Below are positions 41,801-57,428 of a stretch of DNA of 64,000 bases, piece by piece (within the stretch, counting starts at the first letter, position 1; every line of letters starts with the position of its first letter). The DNA comes from Paragordius varius (taxonomy: Eukaryota > Animalia > Nematomorpha). A program made the position numbers and the translations under genes. Location of the stretch: positions 4,464,001-4,528,000 of the forward strand of contig OZ176054.1 of the NCBI GenBank assembly GCA_964247055.1, read 5' to 3'. Under the pieces are notes generated by a model. That model searched no databases and was not told the DNA's origin. It saw nothing but the letters and a program-made list of their open reading frames with translations.

Positions 41801-42542
41801 TTAATATAAATATATAATTGTAAATGAAGAATAATCATAAAATATGCAAAAATTATCAGATAAAGTTTTAGTAACTCATAATAGCCATATATTTTAAACC
41901 TCAAGCCTGATTTAAATTTTTTTACTCCTAATTGCTATATAAAGGCGATTTATATAATTTTAATCATCCTAATATTTAATTTAACTCTTATTTTCTCTAC
42001 ATCCTGGTCTTTATAACAGCTAATTTATAATAATTTTTTTAAACGCTGTCATAATTTATATTCTTAATACCAAAGTTTTATGTAATTTGTATGTATTTAT
42101 CAATATGACTATAATAAATATGTATTTATTATATATGGAATAATTCAGCAAAAATTATATAAATTTATTATAATATTTCGATTACTACAAGTAATCTTTG
42201 TCAAACGTAATATTTTTACTTTATAATTTAAATTTTAGTTTATATTTTAATTTTATTTTTACGTTTGACAAAGATTACTTGTAGTAATCGAAATATTATA
42301 TAAAATTTATATAATTTTTGCTGAATTATTCCATATATAATAATACAATCACACTTCAGCGTAAACAATATCCAATAATATATATTTATTTATGTAGTCA
42401 TAAAATAAATTTTGAGGAGCATCCAAACGCCAAACCAGCTTCCCTAAAGTTAAATCTTGTCCGATTCCCCCAATTACCACCGAACTGGGGTCCACAAACA
42501 AAAGCTATCATAACTCATCACAAATTGATTGATAATGAATAA
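38828..42542 (+). CDS. TRMT1: tRNA (guanine-26-N2)-dimethyltransferase Trm1, ~464 aa, 13 exons
   Basis: Exons 38828-38919, 38944-38989, 39012-39193, 39220-39326, 39752-39864, 40238-40386, 40421-40506, 40859-40923, 40982-41134, 41158-41240, 41270-41378, 41719-41783, 42398-42542 join in frame. Motifs FYNPVQEFNRDL, LSASGLRAIRY, FDIIDLDPYGS, GGLLCVTCTD, SIDFYVRLFVRV, two CxxC pairs, GGPVW, TNAP, NWGP. Confidence 0.96.
42121..42347. repeat. Near-perfect inverted repeat (~88-bp arms, 48-nt loop) in the last TRMT1 intron
   Basis: 42121-42210 pairs with 42259-42347; same sequence family as 26171-26393. Confidence 0.92.
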
Positions 42543-42563
42543 ATTACATTATGTCATGTTATG

Positions 42564-44843
42564 CTATAAATATTTGATATAGTCACTAAAATTTTTATCA
42601 ATAATATTTTTCGTTTTTGAATTAACTATAACTTCCATCTCATATTCATTGGTTTCGTTTGGATCGGAGCGGATTATCGAGGCATTACACCGTCGTAAAA
42701 GTCTACAATAATAAACAATATAATAATAAAAAACTTGTATAGATCGGAATACGATGCAATACAAATTTTAAATTTGATTTGAATATTCTCATTTTTTATC
42801 TTAATTTTTTGGTGGATTGCCGATAAAACATCTTGAATCCCTATGTAATTGGGATAACATGAAGTAGGTATCACATTATCTTGCGAAACGTGCGCACTAG
42901 AAATAATTTTAAGATTTTTATACCTGGGATTTAGATCTATTTTATTATCAAGTACAATCATATTTTCCATCAATTTGGAATTAACCTCAAGTTTTTCCAA
43001 CATATCCAAAACTGTTATATTTTGTCTAATAAAATCGGGATGACTGCAGTCACGCACATGTATGATAAGATCCTGTAGAAAAATATTTTTTTAAAATAAT
43101 TAATTCAATGATTATGTATTAAAGCGATTGATATGTTGCATATAATCGAGAACGTAATTTAAAAGGAAACCACGTTAACCACCATAAATATATTTTTTAT
43201 GAAGATTACCAACTTGTTTTATAAGATAATTAAAATAATACCACATGTGTGTAAAAACAAATATATAACCTTCTACATACAAATTCTAACTGATGCTTAA
43301 GAAATGGTATATTATTTATTAATTTCTATGTTGGATATGTTCTTAGAAAAGCTGTAATTTATCCCTAAGATAGCGCAAAAACGGGTTTACTAGGTTTTTT
43401 TCATAAAAAATAAATAATAAATTTTATGACTTACAGCAAAATTAACACGTTTCATGGTACTTTTAAAGGAATTAATTAATTGTTTGGGAATGTCTGTAAT
43501 GAATCCAATTGTATCGAGAAATAAAACCCTTTCTCCGTACGGTAAAATACCTTCATGTAAGGTAGTGTCTAACGTGGCAAATAATCTATTCATAGGATTT
43601 AATTTGCTTTTTTGTTCAGCCAAAGCTTTGATGAGTGATGTCTTCCCTGTTTTAAACAATTATAAATTATATTTAGATGGTATCCACCACAATATAAAGT
43701 ATTATTGACCTTTGTTAAAATAAATCAAGATGGGCTCATACATAATAAAATATAGCAAACTATTAGCCATAATATTTATCGTGGTGTATTTTGAGATACA
43801 AAAGTATATATAAATACGAAGATTTAAGAATTTATATAATGCTAATGTAGGATAGGCTAAAAATATGTATTGATACTTATTATGGTAAATTAATAAACGT
43901 TTCGTTAAAAACAACGAATATTAAGGATAAAAATGCAACTTTTTATGTTATAATTTATTAATAACAAAATACTGTCATCCATTTATAAAATAAAAATATT
44001 TTACTGTGAGATTGTGATATGTAATATACCATAAAATAAGACCTGAATTAGTGTAACCCACAACTGCAATTATTGGATACTTTGTTTGACGATTACTTAC
44101 GGCTAAATCCGTTTTGTGAGCAATTTGTTGGAGTTCTTTTCTTAGCTTGTTTTCGTAAAAGTTTAGCAGCTCAAGTTTTTCGGACCAAGGGCGTTGTGTC
44201 ATCATAATTCCATTTAATTGCCCACTTTCAAATATATTTTCCAACTCCATATTAGTAGAAATATCATTTGAGTGGATTCGAAGGTAAGGTATATTAGCTA
44301 AAGCAATTTGCAAGCGCGCTTCTTTCGAATTGGCAAATGTTTTAAATATTTCTAGTATAATTTGATATCTAAATATTTTTTTATATTTTACTTATCAATA
44401 ACGGGTAGCTTGAAATACTTTTGTAAATTAACTTTCTGTTTTGCACTTAAACAAGATACACCAAGGGCGATGGCATCGATATCATTTAAGTTATCTTTTA
44501 TTTCTTCAAGTTGGCCCTTACCAAATATTATATTTGGATTTATATTTTCAAGTCCATATAATGACTAATTTACAAGCAAAATAAATACCTTTTTTGCAGT
44601 AGATTTATTTGGCAATGTATCTATTAAAGATACTAATTCTTCAAGCATTAGAAATTGATTTGTTATAATGTTCCGATTATTACCCCATTTTATATAAGGT
44701 TGTATGGCATAAAGTTTATGTTTTCCCTTTGAAATTTCACAATTGCTGGTATTATAAATGGTGTTTAAAAAATCATCATAAGATTTTTTCATATCGTATA
44801 TTGTTGATTTTAAAGTTTTATATATATTTAAAGTTTTAAGCAT
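42564..44843 (-). CDS. GTPBP6: HflX-family GTP-binding protein 6, ~480 aa, 6 exons
   Basis: Exons 44843-44589, 44564-44392, 44368-44043, 43646-43435, 43072-42735, 42702-42564 join in frame. Motifs PYIKWG, IFGKG, KEARLQIALA, G1 VVGYTNSGKTSL, G2 LFATLD, G3 DTIGF, DLIIHVRD, G4 NKID, G5 SSA. The exact start Met is uncertain. Confidence 0.93.
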
Positions 44844-44888
44844 GGTTTTTAATGAATGAAATAATTAATACCTGGGCATACCTGTAAA

Positions 44889-48670
<3,782 letters not shown>

Positions 48671-49466
48671 ACATTTTTTTCTTTATTAAATTTGTAATTA
48701 TATAATAAATTATATTTTTAAATCCGTTGATTATTGGTAAAACATTACAATATAAACTACCTTTTGGACATAAATTTTTGTATTACGCTATTGGTTCGCA
48801 AAATAATTAATTTCAAATAGGGTAACACTATTTGTGTATATAGTTATATTTAATTTCAGTCTCCATATATTAAATGAACCCATTTTAATTTCGCAAAAAT
48901 ATAGTTAATGACTGCGGCGGATGTATCTATGAGCTAGAGATTTAACATTGATATTTACAGAGCACAGAAAATTACATTGTAACTCACTAAAATTTCGTTT
49001 TTGAACGGATCCAATAACATCGGCGCATTTATAAGTCAGATATTGTTTTAGACTCGTTAATCGAATTGAAAATGTCTTAAATCATGATCTCAAAGTTTTT
49101 AAAATGTCACTAGTTTTACAATATTTTATATTATATTGTTTTATTAATAGAAATTATTCAGTTTTATCGCAGAAAAGGCTCTAAGACCCAATTTTAGTAT
49201 TGGGTAATAATCTCACCATCTGAGAATTTTTAGATTAAATCCCCTAAATCTCAAATAAGTATAATTTTCCCACTATTCTCTAATGTTTTGAAAATTAATA
49301 TCAATCATATATAGATTTGAGTTCCGTTATTTCATTTGACAGTAGTTTGGGAGAACCATAAGACGTTGAAGCTCGGAAAAATTTTTTAATCATGGATTAT
49401 CACGATGTACTTATTATAATAAATAAGTCATTATTTAAGCTAGTTTACTCCGTTGCTATGTATGGA

Positions 49467-52400
49467 TAAGGTGACCAGATTTTTTGAAGGAAAAAGCGGG
49501 ACAACTCTGAGAAGGGGGTGGGTCATTGGGGGGTACAACCAAAAATTTTTATACAAAAAATTTATTACAATATTTATTTATTTTTAACACAAATACATTA
49601 TAAATATAAAAAAATTTGTACCTCACAGGTTGTTTGTACCTTATTCAATAAATTTCCATGTGCACGAACAAAGGGTGAAGTGATTTTAATATTCTAGAAA
49701 AAAATAATAAAGACGAAATCATCACAAAGTGCACTGGGTGATGCAAGAAGCGGCACAAAAATATTTTTAATAATTTAGCGAATAATCTAAATCAAAACAT
49801 TATTGGCAGATACACAACGTTCAAACAGCTACTGATTTGTTACCCCTCGATGTTGAAAATATATATGTTAAAATGCTTGAATATTGTAGAACTGTTGGTT
49901 AGCTCTTTTAGCGATTGATATATATATATAAAAAATGTGATCTCCTAGAATATTTTTTATTACAGGACAAAGGTCAAAATTCCAAGTCAAAAAAAGTTAG
50001 AAAATAATTTTATACCATTACCTAATCGCAATATTATAAAGCATCCAGAAAAACAAGGCTCAATGAATAGCCAGAATATAAAAATGTTTTATACAAACAG
50101 AAACGATTATTTGGAAGACAAGACGGTGCACAATGACACTTTTTGATGAAGTCTCATTATTAAATAAATATATTGAATGAAAACTTATATTGTGGACAAC
50201 AGAAAAAAATACGTAGGATAGAAATGGTTAAAATAATCATTTTTATACAAATTATGTTTCATACAATAATATTTTAATTGTAGAATTTGCATTATCTTTA
50301 CCTGAACCACTGCTATTGAACGCGTTTTTCCACAGTAAATTAAGTAAGGACATGGAATCAAATTTAAATGTTGAATAAAAGCCATTTTGTGCGTTCAAAT
50401 ATAATTTGACAAATTATGAAGTACAATATTTAAGTAATTTTGTCTATTTTTTAACACAAAAACTTTAAAAAAATATTTTATTCTTTGGTATATTTTTTGT
50501 TTGAGTGAATGCGTATGTCATCATTTTTTAAAATATTGTAGAAGTCTTCACAAGAATTTGTCAAATTATATTTGACAGATAAAACGGCCTTTAAAGTTTC
50601 AACATTTAAATTTGATTTTTCCGATGCCCACACCTGATTTACTGTGGAAAAAACGCGCTCAGTAGCAGCGTTGGTTCCAGGTAAAGATAGTGCGAATTCC
50701 ACAATTTTTAAAATATTATTGTATGTAATATAGTTGGCTTCAAAATGATGAAATATTTCCAACCATTTCTTTTCTACTGTATATTTACTTTTGTCCATAA
50801 TTTAAGTTTTTCATTAATAATATATCTTTTAACTAATGATACTTCAGAAAAAAGATCATTTTCTGAAAGATTACTTTTTGATAATTTTTGGGAGCAGATA
50901 TAATCAAATGATTTTTGAACATCGCACCAATTAAATTCTGATTTTAATGTTATCCAATGAAAATGATCAATTTCATTGAATTGCGTCGTCCAGTCTTCCA
51001 AATAATCTTTACAGTTTGTATAAAACATTTTTATATGGTACAGGATATCTTGGCGATTTATTAAGCCTTGTTTTTCTAAATTTTTTATTATATTGCGGAT
51101 GGTTAATGGTATAAAATTATTTCCTAACCGTTCTTGACATTGGAATTTTAGGTTACTAACTTCATTGACTACTTCGATTGCCAAAATTTTGTCACCTTCT
51201 TTATTAATAACATTTTGAAAGAAAGCAGCTTGATTATGTAAGAATTCTAACCATATTTTTGAAGAGTGATAAAAAAAGATTTTAAAGGATCATACATTTT
51301 TTAAATTCTTTCCATAGCTGGGATAAAAGCTAACCAACGAGTTTTACAATATTCAAGCATTTTTTGATATTAAACTTCTGCATTTTCACAGAATTTAAGC
51401 GTTAACACGTACCGTGTATATATAAAAATAGGAGTATATTTTAACAACGACATTTTCCACATCTAGGAGTATAACAAATCAGCAGCTGTTTGAATAGCGT
51501 TGTGTATTATATGCGCTGCACATCCAACGCCAATAATGCTTTGATTAAGATTATCTGTTAATTTATGAAAAATATTTTTTTGTTCCTCTCCTTGCTTTTC
51601 CACCAAAGTTCATATTGGTGTTATCAGCGCAATATGCGATAATTTTGTATTTTAAATTATTTTTTTGCATTATTGAAGTAAATATTATTTCGGAATTTTC
51701 ACCGGGTAGGGAAATTAAATCTAAAATTTTAATTTTTACTCCGGTTTCTGAATCAAAATATCTCATCAAAGTGGGAAATAATTTTGTTTCATGGTGATTT
51801 GATGCATCAGAGTATAGCGATATGGAATTAATTTTCAGCAAATCTTTTTGTATTTCAGAAAATACATGTGGCGAAAGGACATTGCACACAATGGCTTCAG
51901 CCTTTGTACGGGCACATGTAAATTTTTTATGGAATAATGTGCGAATAACCTGTGAGGTACAGTCCATAGATTTAAAGGAATGATTGTGATTAACGGCGTG
52001 AAAAGATAACACGCCCTCAGCTAGTGCCAAATTCTTTTCTTCCTCTCCAAAAGCGGTTTTTCAAAAAAATCGCTCATTTTGTAAGATGATGCCGCCATAT
52101 CTAAACATTTTTTATGTTTCTGTGTTTCCATATGCTTTGTAATATCATGCTTGCCGCCATGTGCTAGGGTGAATTCCCCCTCGCATATAAGACATTTAAC
52201 AAATGATTCATTCTTCGTTTTTTTTATAAAAGGAAAATCCTTCATTAATTCATCGTTGAATTTACAACCTCTTTTTGTGCTCATATTTATAAACTACTAT
52301 TAGTATAATAAATATTATATTACCTTAATTTTCTGTGATAAACGTGTAAGGTACCGATTTGTGGTATCAATTTGTCTTTTAAGCTACCGATTTGTGGTAT

Positions 52401-52847
52401 TAATTTGGCTTTTTAATAATGTTGGCAAGTAATAAAACTAAAATATTAGTATAATAAATATTATATTACCTTAATTTTGTGAAATAAACGTTTAAGGTAC
52501 CGATTTGTGGTATCAAGTCTTTTAATCTAGAGATTTGTGGTATTAACTTGGCTTTTTGATAATAATGACAGTAGTAGTAGGAAGTATAGTGTATAATCAC
52601 ATGATATAAATTCGAAAAAAATAAATATTTTTAATTTAAAATAAAAAATTTTAATTTAAAATTGAATAGATTTTAAAGATATTTAATGATAAAAAATTTA
52701 AACGGACAAAAAAAATTTATTTGTATTAAAAAAAATTTTTTTTATTTAATCGTGAAAAAGCGGGACATTTAAAAACGTAGCAGGAAGCGGGACAAAGTGT
52801 GAAAAAGCGGGACTGTCCCGCCAAAAGCGGGACGTCTGGTCACCTTA
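49467..52847 (-). mobile_element. hAT transposon (Blackjack-type TIRs), 3381 bp
   Basis: 13-bp TIR taaggtgaccaga / tctggtcacctta and a perfect 8-bp TSD tgtatgga (49459-49466, 52848-52855). Subterminal gcgggac repeats; a ~140-bp tandem duplication near 52300-52560. Confidence 0.95.
50478..52284 (-). pseudogene. hAT transposase with frameshifts
   Basis: ORF pieces 52021-52284 (BED-like CLICEGEFTLAHGGKHDITKHMETQKH), 51563-52030 (YSDASNH, CADNTNMN), 50774-51184, and 50478-50798 (LSLPGTNAATERVFS dimerisation motif). Confidence 0.9.
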
Positions 52848-53335
52848 TGTATGGAGCACAATGACTATGTTTGTACGTTTATAAATCTTCAAATTATTCA
52901 TATCATGTAGTGTTTTCAGAAAAAAATGGGCATTGTCTGAAAATCGTATGTTATAATGAAAAACTCCAAGGTTCTGGATATTTTTGGGGATAGACGAAAT
53001 TGCAGAAATAGAATTTTGGTTTAAAATAATAGAGCAATCGAAATTTTGGTATTTTCAATATTCTATTGTATAATAATTTATACAACATATCTCGTCTTTG
53101 AAAATAACACATCCAAATAAACTCTTAAAAAATTGGAATCAGAGTGAAATATAAACAATTTTTTCTATACAACTCAATGCGTAAAAATAATAGAAAGTTT
53201 TTTAATGTTCATATTTTACGCGCCATTTGGCGAAATGTGTTTTATATTAACATTTTAGTGGTTTAAAATTAATAGTTATGGCAAAAATGCGTTATAAATA
53301 TAAGCACCGAATGTCTTTTTTTAATCTGTTTAAAG

Positions 53336-53641
53336 CAGGGTTGTCCAACACGCGGCTTCCCAAAATATGTTAGCCTGCGAACAATTTGAAGTACCAAACA
53401 TATAAAAAATTCCATTCGTTGCAAAAAAAATTACTTGATTTTAGTAAAAGTGATATTTCAACATATATTATTTATAAATTTTCCGAATTTTGGCATCAAA
53501 CTACCAAAAAATGTTGAAATAAATATTACTTTATTGTCTTTTCATATTTTACAGACTTATGCTTGACTAATAAAATATTTATTGATGCCCATAATATTTT
53601 ACGAATGCGGATCGCGAAACCATTAGGGTTGAATACCCCTG
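53336..53641. mobile_element. hAT(Charlie-like) MITE, 306 bp
   Basis: TIRs cagggttgtccaac / gttgaatacccctg; TSD gtttaaag / gtttaaaa (7 of 8 match). Confidence 0.75.
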
Positions 53642-54540
53642 GTTTAAAAGGATAAGGCCCTGGTTGCAAATAATATTTAATCAATTTTAATCAAATATTA
53701 TTTAATAACATGCCAATTTTGTGATTTTTTTTTAGATTAAAATCATTTTCTTTTAGACCAATTAACATTTCATTACCTTTCAATTTTTGTAGACGATAAC
53801 TGGGGTAGTTTGTGCCACAGAGCTTAAAATTGTAAATAAACTACTGTTTGTTTTGGTTGAAATTTAAATATTATCAAACATTGTACTCTTTCTTGAATTG
53901 GGTAAAAAAATTTTATAGAGATTTGCTTATAGAGCCCAAAATTGGGAGCAAAATCCGATTGAAAAGCTGTTTTAAAATAAAAATTAAAACTTTACTGCCT
54001 CAACGTTAAGTGAAAGCTTTCTGAAGTTATTTATTGTAGTACCATACTCATCATTTACTAGACTGTTGTAATCAATAAACACTTCATCATTTTGGAGTTT
54101 AAAATCCCAGAGTCATTTTAAAATTTAATATATCTTAAAGTATTTAAAGTATTAAATATTTAAAATATGCTCTGTTTAGCCTTTTAAGCGCATACTTCAA
54201 TAATTATTTTAAAAATGTAAAAAATCCTTATTTCATACTTTTTATCCGCCATTTTTTTCTTTGGATTTTTGCTAATGCATCAGACAAATAAATAAATATA
54301 TTATGGTAAAATATAAATAATTAACTATGGAAGGCTTTCAAATTTCATTTTACAAGTAAATATATTTATTAAATATCAATTTTTATTGTTTCAATCGGGT
54401 TTCGAAGCTATCTAAATTTGGGATCCTAGAAGTTAAAAAACTGTAAAAAATATGATTTTTAATCTAATACAGGAAAACATAATTAAATTATAAAACAATT
54501 TTCATATCAGTATTTAAAATTTCATTCTCTGGTGTATAAA

Positions 54541-54700
54541 ACTACCCCAAAATGTAATCTTCTGCAAAAAAACAAAGCAAAAATGGCGGCGCAAGAGTTT
54601 TAGATGATAATGCTATTTGCCCAATATCTAAATACGAATTTGGCTCTGGATGGTGATTCCTCAAAAGTTAATAATGTTAATATTTTATTTTTGGGGTAGT
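54541..54700. mobile_element. Short inverted-repeat element
   Basis: actaccccaaaa / ttttggggtagt termini, 160 bp; superfamily not assignable. Confidence 0.35.
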
Positions 54701-56639
54701 TAATTACTTCAGACATCATTAATAAATAGCTAAACGAAAAAGTTATAATATTGAGCCAATAATAAAAAATATATTCATTATCTATTTAAAATGTATTTAT
54801 TAAAAATTCTTTAAAAATGGTTTGTCCCAACTTTTGAGCGACAAATTTATTTGATGAAAAAATTGTAAATATATATTATACAATGAAAACGTATGATTAT
54901 CAAACTTGACGACCGAAAGCGATTTTAATGTTGAAATTATAAATTGGGGCAAATTTAACATTCTTTAACGTTTTAAAAGCAATATTTATAATATTTTTTA
55001 ATGTAAGATTATAAAGTTACATTTTAAACGTTTTGTTGCCAAATACATTTTCTAATTGTGAAATCGGTAAAAATTGATCGAAAATTAATTAAGATTAAAA
55101 TTTATTTGATTGTAATTTGACATTTTCCGTAATTTTAATATTGTAATCTAAATTTTTTGGGCGTTACAATAATTAAAAAAATTGCGTAAATATATATAAA
55201 TATATAATGGTTTTTATTTTAAAATTACCATATATATTAATATATTTTTGTTATTATACTTATATGCTGATGGTAGTAACACACTACAAAATTAAAACTA
55301 AAAAGAATATTCTGCACCAAATAAAAGAATTTTATGGACTAAATGATTTTGATTCCCGTTCTATTAGTTTTTGGTTGTTCACGGTTACATGTTTTAAGGT
55401 AATTTGCTAGAATAGACTAATTGTTTTGTAAAATTAGAATAATTTGCCATTAATATATAAATAGTATATAATTTTATATGGTATTCAAATTAGGGTATCT
55501 AAATACCCCAGACTAAATTTAAGATAATTTTTAATAACTGCTGAAGGAAACGGCCCAAATTAAATTTATACTTCTATCCTAATAAAAATTATATAATTAT
55601 GCCAAAATATCTAAATAAAATTTTGTTTTGAAAAAAAAGTTCCATGTCAAACTACTTCGAAGCCATTTTTATTTTACAAAATGTTTGCAAAATATCGTCT
55701 TCTTTAAATTTTAAGGGTAAAATTAAAGCCAATTTTTTATTTAAATTACTTACATTGAGAGAAATATAAAAAGCGGTTTTTTGTATTATTTTTTATTTTA
55801 CCATCGCACATATGTCACGTTGACTAAATTTTTACCTTCCGGTTTTAGCTTAAAATAAATAATATCAAGTATTTTTGAATAAAATTTTTTATATATTTCG
55901 GTTTATTTATGTTATATAAGTCCAAAATTTTCCCAGGTTTCGATTCCTTCCATATTTTTTAAAGAATTTAATTTTAAAAATTTGAATCGGAGGACTGAAA
56001 TGAATGTCTTGTATTCAAGTGTTAAACGAAAAAAAATATATTATTTGGAGCCAATTTGTTACAAAAGATTTAAGAGGCAATAGTTTCAGTTCCAACAAAA
56101 CGCTTCCGGTTTCAATTCCCTAATATATGAAGCTAAATAACAAAAATCGTTTGATGATTTTTTATTTACTAACAAGCGTTAGAATATATTTTATTAAATC
56201 AACATCTTTGATAGATTTTATTTTTTTTAAAGGGCTTAATAGTAATTTATAACCCTAAATATCATAAAATGATACCAAGGGGCTTATTAGTAATTTTCTA
56301 CCTACATATAATTGCTAAAGATAAATTAAATATTCAGTTGCTTCGTACTTGAATTATATTGAATATAACGATTGGAGCCAAAATAATTCAAATAAATCAT
56401 TTAATATATTGATATTCAATACATTTCCATTAAACTTTCCATTAAGTTTTAGGATAACAAGGTCAATTTGAACATTAATAATTATCATTTTCACATAAAA
56501 ATGAAAATTTTAAATGCCTTAGAATTTATTTTATTACAATAGAAAAAATAAAAATAAAAGAACGAATATTTTGTTAGTGTAAATAATATGAACATATCAA
56601 TAAAAAGATTATATTATCAATTTATGAGCTATCAGCATT

Positions 56640-56678
<39 letters not shown>

Positions 56679-56725
56679 TAATGTATGGTTTTAGATAAAT
56701 TTGCGTTAAAATTATTACATTTACA

Positions 56726-57428
56726 TCATTTTTCATACGGGTCGAATTCAACTAAGACTTCTGTGCTTGATTCAGCTTTTCCATGAGGATTCGTTAAAAC
56801 ACATTTGTATACACCTTCTTCGTCCCTTGAGGTGTCGGGAATCGTTAAACTGACATGCCCTAAACAGATACATATATATATAATTTTTGCATTTTTTTCT
56901 CAAGAAATTTTTTATAAAAAAATCCTAAATATAACCTAAAATCCATAATTTTCAAAATTAAATGTGTAACATATACTAATAAAATTGGTATTTGAACAAA
57001 TTATCTATTAAGTTTTCCAAATTTTAGCAAACAATTAGAAAAAAAATGGTAAAATAATTGGTAATTTAAGTGGCTTCTTTATAAAATCCAGCCCACATAT
57101 CTTCCTAAAGCGGACCGCCAAGCCATTTGTGTTGCACACTCCTGGTGTAAAACAACCATGGATTGTAATAAATTTATATTACATACTTTTCTCTCAGATC
57201 ATAGTTTTTAAGTATGATATCAAAATTAAAAATGCAACAATTAAAACCTTTGCCTTCTTCGATTTCCATTAAGGCGCGTTTTCCTTCATGAATTTTTTTA
57301 TCGTTTAAAAACCATTCAACGGTAGGGAACGGATCCCCACTTATTTTAGCTTCAAATCGAGATCCACTGTGTTCACATACCTCCTTTAGGGTTGTGGATA
57401 AGGGTTTAAGGAACTTCGGTGCAGACAT
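56726..57428 (-). CDS. Intracellular I-set immunoglobulin-domain protein of the titin/UNC-89 type, either a 104-aa protein or two exons of a larger gene
   Basis: Exons 57428-57248 and 56859-56726 join in phase 1 to give APKFLKPL..RFEAKISGDPFPTVEWF..SLTI..DEEGVYKCVLTNPHG, a complete I-set fold. Confidence 0.8.
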
